Assembly (NCBI GenBank): GCA_017883425.1
Contig: JADGNP010000001.1
Location: 2,514 to 66,513 of the forward strand
Source: Candidatus Sulfotelmatobacter sp.
GTDB taxonomy: Bacteria > Acidobacteriota > Terriglobia > Terriglobales > Acidobacteriaceae
Length of the DNA stretch: 64,000 nucleotides
Reading direction: 5' to 3'
The position numbers and the translations under genes are program-made. The notes under the pieces were generated by a model. It was not told the origin of the DNA. It saw only the letters and a program-made list of their open reading frames with translations, and searched no databases. Shown piece after piece: positions 55,620 to 64,000 of this stretch. How positions within the stretch are numbered: the stretch's first letter is position 1; each line of letters opens with the position of its first letter.

Positions 55620-58600
55620 TCATGCCGCAGCGAGTCTACGCGGCATATCTCTTCGTCGCACATGCGCGACCGGCTTCTCGTGTAGTAGCAGTTCAGTTGC
55701 CTGCACTCGCCGCTCGGCGTGAAACCACTTCTGCACAACATCGTCATTCAGAAAATTGGCCAACGCCAACAGGCTCATTCCTTGATGGTGGGCCATCCAG
55801 CACCGCACTAATTGCGGGCGCCCCCTCCACAATCTGTGCCTGGTGGAAGTAAAGTCTGCGGCTTCGTAAAAGCCGTGGTTCCCAAACCACCCCATATCAG
55901 CCATTTTGAGCAGATTGCGCACCGCTCCTACTGGGTCAGTATTGAGCGCGAGGAACGTCGAATAGGGGGATATGACGAGTGCATTTGTCTCTCGTGCCCG
56001 CAGTCCGAGATGGGGAAGGCCAAAAGCGTAATACTGATAATTTCCAGCTTCGTCCAATTTGAAATACGCGGATTCGGAAATACCCCAAGGAACGCCTTTG
56101 CGCGCAGCATAGGTCTGCTGCGCACGTACGGCGGCCGTGCGCGAACGCTCTAAGAGCGTATTGGGGTAGGTGCGCATCCAAAGCGAAGGCATCAAATACT
56201 CAAACAACGTTCCAGTCCAGGAAAGCAAAACCGGCCGTCCGCCATCCAGAGTGTGGGCCCGGCCAAGCAGGAACCAGCTCTCCTGTGGAATATCTTCCTT
56301 GGCAATAGCGACAAACACGGCGGTGCGAGACTCCGTTCCGAGCAAGTCATAGCAAGCAGGGTGAAGATGGTGTGTCTCCACATCGAAGCCTACGGATATC
56401 AGTTTGCGGCGGTTGTCGAGCAACAACCCGAAGTCCATTTCATCGGCCAGCTTCCCCGCGCTGTTTGCGATCGTTCGAATATCCGCAATCAAGCGTTCCG
56501 TGTTCGATCTTGCTTTCAGGAGCTGGTCGCGAAGGCGTACATACCGAAGTTCCTGCCCCTGGGTCGTGGATTCGAGGCCCCGCTCGATTTGGCCGATCAG
56601 TTGGTCGATGAATCGGGGCAGTTCCTGCAACGCGATGCTGTCCATCAATTTGATGTTGACCGCGGCGTCATCACGCAAAGCTGCAAAATCAAGCGAAGAC
56701 CACGGCGAATATTCGCTCACTGCGTGCTGAATGCTCCGGAACCGCAACGCAGCCTCTTCCGCAAACCATTCGATTTGGGAGGGTCGTTTGGACTTGGCAA
56801 TAGTTTCGTTGGTCTGCTTGAAAACTGCCTCGGACAAGCCGAGTATCGACTGCAACCAACTATCCGTATTGCGCAGCCGTTCGCAGCTCAAAAGCAACTT
56901 TCGCGGAAAGGCACGGCCGGCAGACAGTACACGAAGATAATCCAGAAATCCTTCCGACAAACACGGCTGCAATACCGGCTGGCGTAACCGTTCCATGCAT
57001 CCTTGCTGCAGAGTCCAGAGCGACGCCAGCAAGTTACCGCTATCCACGGAAGAAACGAAAAGGGGAGCAAGCGGCTGAAGCGTACGCGTGTCGTACCAGT
57101 TCAACACGTGGCCGTGATGCTTTTTCAAGCTCTCGATTGTGGCTAATGTGCGAAGAGTCTGTTCGGCAAATTCCGGCACCGTGAGATATCCGAATTCACA
57201 GGCCACCTGCCTCGCGTTGAGTAGAAACCCGATGTTGGTCGGTGAGACCCGGGCCGCCACAGCAGCAGGCTCTTCTTGAACGTTGTCCGGGATCAACCAG
57301 TGGTGCTCGGCGGTACTGTACTCCGCGAAATATCGCCAGGTGCTCAGGGAGGTACGCCTGAGAAAAGCCACGTTCTTTCGGGAGGTTTGATTTCGGGCCG
57401 TGGCCGGAGCCCGACCAAGCCAGATGGAAACCGCTTTACTACAGGCCCAAAGCGCTAGCATCGGCAGCGCGGTCGGAAGCGCCTGGCGCCGCACCGCCCA
57501 CACCAAAAAACCCAATAGGATCGCAAGCAGAGGCATCCAGTTCAGATACGCGTCGACAGGTGTGCGGCCCCGAGTATTGAGCTCCGATTCGGCCGCCGTT
57601 TCCCATTCCAAAAGCCGGGCTTGCGTGACAAAGCGCCGGACCAACGATCGCACGACCGCATCCAGCGCGAGCATGGTCTGATGGGGGAGGAAGATCAACG
57701 TGAAAAGAAGATTAACTTTAGCGGTGTAAAGTGCATTGAACGCATCGCCGACGATGGTCAGATCAAGAGCGAAAATGGCGCGGAGCAGACTGAAGCTAAA
57801 CTCGACCCAGGCGGGTATGAATAAAATGCACAGCGTGGCCAGAGTCCATAGCCACGGCTTACCGGGTAAGAACCATCCAGCCACGAGCAACAGAAATGTT
57901 GCCGGTTCCACTAAGCTGCGGCGAAGGTTGTCGACAATCTTCCACCACGAAATCAGCGAAATCGGATTGGCAACGCGTTGCACCGACTCGTCCGGCACAA
58001 AACGGAATAACCACTCCGCGATCTGCCAGTCGCCTCGCAACCAGCGGTGTTTTCGCCGATTGTAAGCGCTGTAGTGGGAGGGGTAGTCCTCGATTATCTC
58101 GATGTCACTGGCCAAGCCCGCCCGCGCATAGGCTCCTTCCAGCAGATCATGACTGAGCAGAGAATTTCTGGGAAAGCGCCGGTCGAGGACCCGATGCAGG
58201 GCGTCCACCTCGTAGATTCCCTTTCCCGTAAAGCTGCCCTCGCGATACAAATCCTGATAGGCATCGGAAATCGCACGAGTATAGATATCGAAACCAGTTT
58301 CTCCCGCGTAGATGGCTGCGAGCCGCGAGCGGGCTGTGCTTTGCACGCTGACGCCGACCCGCGGCTGCAATATGCCATATCCGTCAACCACAATATTCGT
58401 TTGTGGATCGATGATGGCTTGGTTCAGTGGATGCGCCAGAGCTCCAACCATGCGGTGTGCCGCGCCCCGTGGAAGCTCCGTATCCGAATCGAGCGTGATC
58501 ACAAACCGAACCCGGGGGAGGATCGACAGCTCTCCAACTTTCACCGGGAAACTGTCGTACTGCCCGCGCAGCAGTTTGTTGAGGTCGAGCAGTTTGCCGC

Positions 58601-60110
58601 GCTTACGCTCCCATCCCATCCACGATTTCTCGCGCGGGTTGTAAACCCGATGCCGATGAAATAAAAAGAAGGAACCTGCGCTCTGACTCGCGTACTTGTC
58701 ATTCAATTCGCGAATCAAATCCGAGCACAACGTAATGAGCGGATTGTCCTCCCGAGCCGGTTCACGAGAATCGGCCAAGTCGGTCAGGAGTGCGAAATGA
58801 ATATTGGGATCATGGTTTCCCAGGAAGCGCACTTCCAGGCTCTCAACCAGCTCTTTCACCTGTTTTTCACCCAGGAGCAGAGTAGGAATTGCGACCATGG
58901 TTACGCAGTTGTCAGGAATCCCTTCCGTGAAATCGAGTTTAGGGAGAATTTCGGGAGGCAGCAGCAAACTGACCAGATAGTTCATGAGCTGCACGGCGCT
59001 CTGTGAACTGGGTAACAACAGGATCAGCATCGAGAACAAAATAAGCGCCACCGAATTGAAGGAATCGGTGAGAAGTATCACCGCCACGGACATGATGGCA
59101 AGCGCCAGAAGGTGTATGCCCAGCAAGAAAAACTCATCGGGATGCTTACGCACAAGTGCCTGAATCTTCTGGCCGAATGGCGGATGGAAGCGGACCTTCT
59201 GCCAGAGAAGAGAGCATCCCTTGTCCACCAGGTAGTAACCGACGTGCGATTCCCGGAGAGCGACGCGTGGCTCGACATAGCTGCGTTGACTGGCCTGTTC
59301 GGCCAATGCCACGACCGCCTCCGCGGTCTCCAACTCGGAACAATCAGAATGCTTGGCGATGTTTGCGATTCGGTTTCGGTAAAGATCCCGGCTTTCGAAA
59401 TCCATCCGACCGTAGGCGCCGGCGGGGTCCTGCCGTAACACGCCGTCGATCATCATGAGCGGCTCAAGGACATCCTTCCAGGTTGTTTGTCCAATGTCCC
59501 GCAGACTCCGTACCAAAATACTCACACCGCTGGAATCGTCCTTGGGATTGTCCAGCAGACACCTGCCACGCTCGGCGATCTCCTCCAGAAGAACCAGCTT
59601 AAGGGCCGAGCCCAAGGACCACAGCTCGCGCAGTTGCAACGCCGTGGTTTGCTGAAATACTTCCACAAACAAAGTAAATTCCTGTTCACTGAACTCGTAG
59701 GAAACCGCCTCAAGAAATCCTTCTGCGAGGGCCAGAACTCGGGGAATGGTTAGGCCAGCCGGGGTCCGCACGTGTGCAATTTTGGCTTGGGACTTGAGCG
59801 TTCCAACCGCATTCTGGAGTTCCGAATACAGAAGGCGGCTACTGTCGTAAAGCCAGTGGAAATCGCCGGAGGTCGGCGATTTCGGCGCGGGCCGTTCCAG
59901 GCCAGCAAATATGGGCTTGAAATCATGGGCGAGAACGCGGCTGCGCTCAGCAAAGGTGTGCGATGAAGGAGCGTTGGGCAACCAGGTTAGACTGCGCGCA
60001 AGCGCCGCTGCTTTGTCATGAATTACTTGCGGATCCCGGGCCCGTTGAGCGGGCTCCGGCAGGCGTTCAGCGTCTGCGCTGACGGCCTCTAAATGTGTGT
60101 TCTTCGGCAT
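55620..60110 (-). CDS. Cyclic beta-1,2-glucan synthase-like membrane protein: GT84 glycosyltransferase + (alpha/alpha)6 cyclisation-type domain, without GH94 phosphorylase domain
   Basis: 1496 aa. N-terminal cytosolic region (MDFESRDLYRNRIANIAKH). TM clusters flank a GT84 core (VITLDSDTELP, GILQPRVGV, LLSHDLLEG, HRWLRGDWQ). The C-terminal domain (SPTNIGFLLNA, SSVDSGNL, LFEYLMPSLWM, WGISESAY, GFYEAADF) is typical of the Cgs middle domain. The ORF stops there. Confidence 0.8.
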   Translation of the reverse strand: MPKNTHLEAVSADAERLPEPAQRARDPQVIHDKAAALARSLTWLPNAPSSHTFAERSRVLAHDFKPIFAGLERPAPKSPTSGDFHWLYDSSRLLYSELQNAVGTLKSQAKIAHVRTPAGLTIPRVLALAEGFLEAVSYEFSEQEFTLFVEVFQQTTALQLRELWSLGSALKLVLLEEIAERGRCLLDNPKDDSSGVSILVRSLRDIGQTTWKDVLEPLMMIDGVLRQDPAGAYGRMDFESRDLYRNRIANIAKHSDCSELETAEAVVALAEQASQRSYVEPRVALRESHVGYYLVDKGCSLLWQKVRFHPPFGQKIQALVRKHPDEFFLLGIHLLALAIMSVAVILLTDSFNSVALILFSMLILLLPSSQSAVQLMNYLVSLLLPPEILPKLDFTEGIPDNCVTMVAIPTLLLGEKQVKELVESLEVRFLGNHDPNIHFALLTDLADSREPAREDNPLITLCSDLIRELNDKYASQSAGSFFLFHRHRVYNPREKSWMGWERKRGKLLDLNKLLRGQYDSFPVKVGELSILPRVRFVITLDSDTELPRGAAHRMVGALAHPLNQAIIDPQTNIVVDGYGILQPRVGVSVQSTARSRLAAIYAGETGFDIYTRAISDAYQDLYREGSFTGKGIYEVDALHRVLDRRFPRNSLLSHDLLEGAYARAGLASDIEIIEDYPSHYSAYNRRKHRWLRGDWQIAEWLFRFVPDESVQRVANPISLISWWKIVDNLRRSLVEPATFLLLVAGWFLPGKPWLWTLATLCILFIPAWVEFSFSLLRAIFALDLTIVGDAFNALYTAKVNLLFTLIFLPHQTMLALDAVVRSLVRRFVTQARLLEWETAAESELNTRGRTPVDAYLNWMPLLAILLGFLVWAVRRQALPTALPMLALWACSKAVSIWLGRAPATARNQTSRKNVAFLRRTSLSTWRYFAEYSTAEHHWLIPDNVQEEPAAVAARVSPTNIGFLLNARQVACEFGYLTVPEFAEQTLRTLATIESLKKHHGHVLNWYDTRTLQPLAPLFVSSVDSGNLLASLWTLQQGCMERLRQPVLQPCLSEGFLDYLRVLSAGRAFPRKLLLSCERLRNTDSWLQSILGLSEAVFKQTNETIAKSKRPSQIEWFAEEAALRFRSIQHAVSEYSPWSSLDFAALRDDAAVNIKLMDSIALQELPRFIDQLIGQIERGLESTTQGQELRYVRLRDQLLKARSNTERLIADIRTIANSAGKLADEMDFGLLLDNRRKLISVGFDVETHHLHPACYDLLGTESRTAVFVAIAKEDIPQESWFLLGRAHTLDGGRPVLLSWTGTLFEYLMPSLWMRTYPNTLLERSRTAAVRAQQTYAARKGVPWGISESAYFKLDEAGNYQYYAFGLPHLGLRARETNALVISPYSTFLALNTDPVGAVRNLLKMADMGWFGNHGFYEAADFTSTRHRLWRGRPQLVRCWMAHHQGMSLLALANFLNDDVVQKWFHAERRVQATELLLHEKPVAHVRRRDMPRRLAAA

Positions 60111-60139
60111 TGGATATACGGGTTCCTATGGATGAAGTT

Positions 60140-61960
60140 CTATCGGTAGTTGGCAGCTTGCATTTCAAACATGCCTGCGTAGCGCCCCCCGAGATTCAAT
60201 AGAGTGTCGTGATTGCCATCCTCGGCAATCCTTCCCTTGTGCAAGACAACGATGCGGTCTGCCATTCTTACGGTTGAAAATCTGTGTGAGATAAAGAGGG
60301 CGGACTTTCCCGCGGTGAGCTCGGCGAACCGCTGAAACACTTCGAACTCACTGCGCGCGTCGAGTGCGGCCGTAGGCTCGTCCAGAATGAGCACTTGCGC
60401 ATCGCGAAGATAGGCGCGCGCGAGTGCGATCTTCTGCCACTCGCCGCCCGACAGATCCACCCCATTCTCAAAGCGGCGGCCTAACATTTGATCGTAGTCG
60501 CGGGGAAGTCTTTCGATGACTTCGTTGGCCATGCTCTTATCAGCTGCTGTTTTGAGGAGCGGCAAATTGTCGATCTCATCGATCCGTCCGACCGCGACGT
60601 TTTCGCGGGCGGTCATCTCATAGCGCATGAAGTCCTGGAAGATGACGCCAATTTCCCGGTAAAGATCCTCCAGGTTGTACTCTCGAAGATCCACGCCATC
60701 CAATAAAATCTGGCCTTCGACCGGATCGTAGAGCCGCGTCATCAACTTCACCAGGGTCGTCTTGCCTTCGCCGTTTTCTCCAATCAGCGCGACCCGCTCC
60801 CCTGCCCGGAGATGGAAGTCCAAGCAGTTCAGCACGAGCCGGGAGGTTCCCGGATAGCGGAAGGAAACGTTGCGAAATTCGAATCCCCGCATGATCGGTC
60901 GAGGAGCTGGCAGCGCGTTGGGCTTGGATCTGATGGTGGGCTGCATTTCAAAAAATGCGAGCAAGTCAGTGAGGAACAACGCCTGGTCCGCAATGCTGGA
61001 GAGGCTGGAGAAGATTTGCTGGATATTTCCACTCGCCTGCACGATCGCGCCGGTCAGAAAAGTCAGGGTACCGATCGTCAGCGATCCGGTCACGGTCCGC
61101 CAAATGACATAGACATAGGCGGAGTAATAACCGGCAGTGCCGATCATGGAGAGGAAGGATCCTGCGATGAGCCTTCGGCGGGCGAGATCAACGTTCTCGC
61201 GATAAATATCATCCGAAAGACGCGTGAACCGCCCGATGAGGAAATCCTTCAGTCCAAAAAGCTTGAGTTCCTTGGCGGCTTCCCGGCTTCCTCCCAGTAC
61301 GCGAAGGTAGTCGAGTTCCCGGCGGATCGGGGTTTGGCGGAAGTTTCTGGCGTATCCAAGAAACGCGAAGTGGCTTTCTCCGAGGAATGCCGGAAGAATA
61401 CCGGCAATCAGCAACAGCAAAAGCCATGGCGAGAACAAGAGAATGGAAACCGACAGGGATGCAGCGGTAATCACCTGCTGCACCAATCGCCCGATGGACT
61501 GAATCATGCCGAGGCGGTCGGTGGCCTGTACCCGTGCGCGTTCGAGCCGGTCATAGAAGACCGGATCTTCGTAGGTGGTGAGATCCAGTTCGGCAGCGTG
61601 CTTCATCACCTGAATGCTGATGTGGCGGGTGTATTTGTCCGCCAGTAGAGCATCGAGATAATCGATAGTCCGGCCGAGAAAGCTGCCGAAAATGGCGATG
61701 GCGAATTCTGCCGCAACCAGCCACCAGAACACTGGTTTCACGGGCTGATGGCTGGAAACGGCATGCACAATGCCGTCAATAATGAGTTTCGTGATCCAAA
61801 GGGCCGCGAGCGGTATCAGCGAACTGACGAGCCGGAGAACCAGTCCCAGGGCGACGACAAGCGGGCCCGACTGCCAAACGATGCGGAGGACTGGGGGAAC
61901 GTTGCGAAGCGCTGCGAGACGCTCTCTCCAACCGCCCCAAAACCTCCTCGTCTCGGCCAT
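60140..61960 (-). CDS. ABC exporter, fused permease + ATPase (MsbA/NdvA-ChvA-like)
   Basis: 606 aa. Six-TM N-terminal half. Walker A GENGEGKTT, signature LSGGEWQ, Walker B VLILDEPT. The stop is 29 nt upstream of the synthase start. Confidence 0.85.
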   Translation of the reverse strand: MAETRRFWGGWRERLAALRNVPPVLRIVWQSGPLVVALGLVLRLVSSLIPLAALWITKLIIDGIVHAVSSHQPVKPVFWWLVAAEFAIAIFGSFLGRTIDYLDALLADKYTRHISIQVMKHAAELDLTTYEDPVFYDRLERARVQATDRLGMIQSIGRLVQQVITAASLSVSILLFSPWLLLLLIAGILPAFLGESHFAFLGYARNFRQTPIRRELDYLRVLGGSREAAKELKLFGLKDFLIGRFTRLSDDIYRENVDLARRRLIAGSFLSMIGTAGYYSAYVYVIWRTVTGSLTIGTLTFLTGAIVQASGNIQQIFSSLSSIADQALFLTDLLAFFEMQPTIRSKPNALPAPRPIMRGFEFRNVSFRYPGTSRLVLNCLDFHLRAGERVALIGENGEGKTTLVKLMTRLYDPVEGQILLDGVDLREYNLEDLYREIGVIFQDFMRYEMTARENVAVGRIDEIDNLPLLKTAADKSMANEVIERLPRDYDQMLGRRFENGVDLSGGEWQKIALARAYLRDAQVLILDEPTAALDARSEFEVFQRFAELTAGKSALFISHRFSTVRMADRIVVLHKGRIAEDGNHDTLLNLGGRYAGMFEMQAANYR

Positions 61961-62187
61961 TTGGTTATTCCCCTTGGACAGTGAGCAGATTAGAGATGCC
62001 TAACCTGCATCAGAGGTTTAAGTTTACAGGCTGGGATCTAGAAAACAGAGCAATATTGGTCGCTTCTTTTTCGATCCTTCCCGGTCATTTTCTAATTCCG
62101 TGCCCGGCAAATACGAGATACGACAGAAATTGATGGGTCGGACGCGCGATTGTCGCGAAAATACAGGTAAATTGAGCTTTTTGAACT

Positions 62188-63525
62188 TCACGCCTGGTAT
62201 TTCTTGAAACCCGCCCGCCGCATGCCGCGTTGAGCCGCTTCGTTCTTCATAAACGTATTCCAGACAAATCCAGTGCGCAAATTCTCAGCCATCAGCAATG
62301 TGATCCCAGTATCGATCCCGATCACGTCGCTGTCGTACCAGCCGGTGAGCGGGTTGAAGGCGTTCACAAACCCGTACTTGCTCCAAGCCGCGGGATAGCG
62401 ATCTTTTATCGTCCGCAACCCACGCATCACCGGTTGGGGCAGGAACGGCAGTGAACCAGCCGACGCGCTCGGCACAATGGTCCCATCGATCGGCCCGACA
62501 GCCGGCGGGCCGCCCCAAATCACGTAGCCATTGGGGGAATCCGAAGCGGTGATTCCCCATAAGTTCTCGCTATAGCTGGGAAATTGCCTCGCCAGCTCAA
62601 GGCAGAACCGACGATGAACCTCGGTCGCTGTAATGGAATTCTGGAAATAATCCGCGTATTTATCGCGCTTCCCGCGAAAATCAAACCAGGCTTGAGAATA
62701 TTGATGAATAAAAAGCGGGGCAAACGAGCCGATATAGCGCAAGCCGTCATACTCAAACGTCAGACGCTTCCAGGCTGTCCATGTTTCCTGGCGGAGCGGA
62801 TAGGTAGTGGAACCGAGCCCCAGCAGATACATCATCATCAATTCGCTGTAATTGTCCCAGCGGTAAGGGAGGAAACCCATCTCCGGCGTCCAGCCGTGAG
62901 GCAGGAGAGCGGTATCTTCAGACAACCAGGACCATTCCACTCGATCAAAAATGGCATCGGCCAAGCCTTGGACCTCTGCCGTCGGGAAGTACTCCCGGCA
63001 CGCCAAAACCCCGCAGAGCAGGATGGTGGTGTCAACGGAAGAAACTTCGGCGTCCCAAACACGTTCGCCAGTATTGATATTGGCCCAATGGAAGAAGAAT
63101 CCGCGATGATTCGGCAGTTTCGCCCAAAGGCACTCGAGGGTGGCCCGGACCCGCTCCTGCGCCGGAGAGCGCAAGACAAATCCACGTTTTTCACCGATGC
63201 ATAACGCGGTCAATCCGAAACCGGTGGCGGCAATACTGCCGACAGTTCCGCCATCATTGGCGTGAACGTTGCATCGGTCTCTGACCAAGCCTGTTTTTGG
63301 ATTGGCCTGTTCCCAAAAATATTGGAAATTGGCTTTTTCCAAGTCATTGAGGAACCGATCGTCCTCCGGCGAAATCGAGTTTGAACCGGTCTTCGCGGTC
63401 GAAACCCCACGCGAACCGCTCAGCTGGGAAAATGCCAAGCTCGCGAATGGCAGGCAACATCCCATGCCGAGGATTTGCCGCACAAAATCGCGCCGCGTAG
63501 GTTCTTTGGAATTCATTCCTTTCAT
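62188..63525 (-). CDS. DUF3131/GH144-like (endo-beta-1,2-glucanase family) protein, Tat signal
   Basis: ~445 aa. Leader PTRRDFVRQILGMGCCLPFASLAFS. FQYFWEQANPKTGLVRDR and ATGFGLTALCIGEKRGFV resemble the glucoamylase-like beta-1,2-glucanase fold as I recall it. The track start at 63537 is a TTG; ATGs lie at 63525 and 63516. Confidence 0.6.
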   Translation of the reverse strand: MKGMNSKEPTRRDFVRQILGMGCCLPFASLAFSQLSGSRGVSTAKTGSNSISPEDDRFLNDLEKANFQYFWEQANPKTGLVRDRCNVHANDGGTVGSIAATGFGLTALCIGEKRGFVLRSPAQERVRATLECLWAKLPNHRGFFFHWANINTGERVWDAEVSSVDTTILLCGVLACREYFPTAEVQGLADAIFDRVEWSWLSEDTALLPHGWTPEMGFLPYRWDNYSELMMMYLLGLGSTTYPLRQETWTAWKRLTFEYDGLRYIGSFAPLFIHQYSQAWFDFRGKRDKYADYFQNSITATEVHRRFCLELARQFPSYSENLWGITASDSPNGYVIWGGPPAVGPIDGTIVPSASAGSLPFLPQPVMRGLRTIKDRYPAAWSKYGFVNAFNPLTGWYDSDVIGIDTGITLLMAENLRTGFVWNTFMKNEAAQRGMRRAGFKKYQA

Positions 63526-63673
63526 TGTGTCACGCAAAGCACCCGAATATGGCGTAAAACCTCAAGGTGGACCGCTTGCGCGATTCGGGGCAGCCTCGAC
63601 CCGTGGATTCGAATATATATTATAAGGATGCCGTTTCCGCTGCGTCTCTCATAAAATAGTTGAAGACTATTAG

Positions 63674-64000
63674 ATGACGATGGCAAGAAGAAGCTCGCTT
63701 TGGATCGTGCTAGCCCTGGCCGCAGGGCTGATTTTCGTGGGCGTATTGATTCGCCGACAACATTGGAAGCCGTTGACCATCACAGGTGCGGTCACCATCA
63801 AGGATGCGGATCCCAGAAAGCAATTGCCCATCGCAGATGTGGAAATCACGGTCGCCAACAGTGCAGGCGAGCCGCCGGCTAAATCCGATTCGTCCGGGTT
63901 TTTCAGCCTGAAATTGCGCAAAGGCCTGCTACGGGGTCAAGCGCTGATGTTGAAGTTCCGGCATCCCGATTACCTCCCTCTCGACCTTCCTGAATTTGCG
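63674..64000 (+). CDS. 5' part of a membrane-anchored protein with a CarboxypepD_reg-like beta-sandwich (runs off the right edge)
   Basis: The ATG at 63674 opens a frame of 109 codons to the window end; it is absent from the ORF track because there is no stop. Sequence: MTMARRSSLWIVLALAAGLIFVGVLI (TM anchor), then ITGAVTIKDADPRKQLPIADVEITVANSAGEPPAKSDSSGFFSLKL. Confidence 0.5.
   Translation, partial: MTMARRSSLWIVLALAAGLIFVGVLIRRQHWKPLTITGAVTIKDADPRKQLPIADVEITVANSAGEPPAKSDSSGFFSLKLRKGLLRGQALMLKFRHPDYLPLDLPEFA

Noticed and set aside
55283-55747. ORFs 55283..55564 (+, 93 aa) and 55313..55747 (-, 144 aa) downstream of the synthase, considered as possible small accessory genes or a relic of the GH94 domain.
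   Set aside because: The translations show no GH94-like or other recognisable motifs. The minus-strand ORF overlaps the synthase 3' end in another frame. There are no convincing start signals. The region is left as unannotated, decayed DNA.
23619-61648. Other large opposite-strand or alternative-frame ORFs: 23619..24524, 24802..25785, 27739..28845, 38036..38749, 44093..45286 (397 aa), 56253..56987, 60812..61648, and 9157..9678 over the AKR gene.
   Set aside because: Each is fully embedded in a CDS with clear family signatures. Their translations are Arg/Pro/Gly-rich with no recognisable domains, which is typical of stop-poor antisense frames in GC-rich DNA.
1-64000. Mobile elements (transposase, integrase, phage genes), tRNA/rRNA genes and toxin-antitoxin or defence systems, considered as explanations for the gene remnants.
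   Set aside because: None of the listed ORFs shows DDE, tyrosine-recombinase or serine-recombinase motifs. I found no terminal inverted repeats or cloverleaf-capable intergenic segments by eye. The remnants are better explained by simple deletions. A tRNAscan/ISfinder run would be needed to exclude small elements rigorously.

Overview
GC-rich, gene-dense chromosomal window with about 40 intact CDS. The protein repertoire looks like Acidobacteriota (Terriglobia-type); that taxonomic call is inference. The repertoire includes 1100-1250-aa CarboxypepD_reg-type TonB-dependent outer-membrane barrels, many secreted TPR proteins, FG-GAP/ASPIC-UnbV (CRTAC1-like) propellers and Tat-signal glycoside hydrolases. 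I recognised no rRNA, tRNA, CRISPR array, transposase or integrase.

The window is a plant-glycan (arabinan / L-arabinofuranoside) utilisation super-locus. It encodes araA, a GH43 endo-arabinanase, two GH51 arabinofuranosidases, two DUF1680/GH127-type beta-L-arabinofuranosidases, GH31, GH39-like and GH5-like enzymes. It also encodes an IlvD-family L-arabinonate dehydratase, an MFS/enolase-dehydratase/FAH-like/beta-hydroxyacid-dehydrogenase operon, and two close LacI paralogues.

Two loci (12.2-20.8 kb and 34.4-51.9 kb) are embedded among these genes. They combine secreted TPR proteins, five paralogous 7-bladed FG-GAP/ASPIC propellers and two TonB-dependent barrels, with no SusD-like partner. 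I rank this functionally uncharacterised module as the most interesting system here.

A 12-nt LacI-type palindrome (GTAAACGnTTrC) recurs at least 11 times in intergenic DNA. It lies in front of the arabinose/GH genes and of both barrel/propeller loci, which ties them into one predicted regulon.

Other notable points:
- A deletion scar fuses the first ~20 codons of araD to the 3' end of araB, leaving araA orphaned.
- There are two further gene remnants.
- A pair of diverged ~165-nt direct repeats brackets the 21.6-kb second locus.
- The right end carries a beta-1,2-glucan module: a GH144-like glucanase, an ABC exporter, and a 1496-aa GT84+cyclisation-domain synthase that lacks the GH94 phosphorylase domain.
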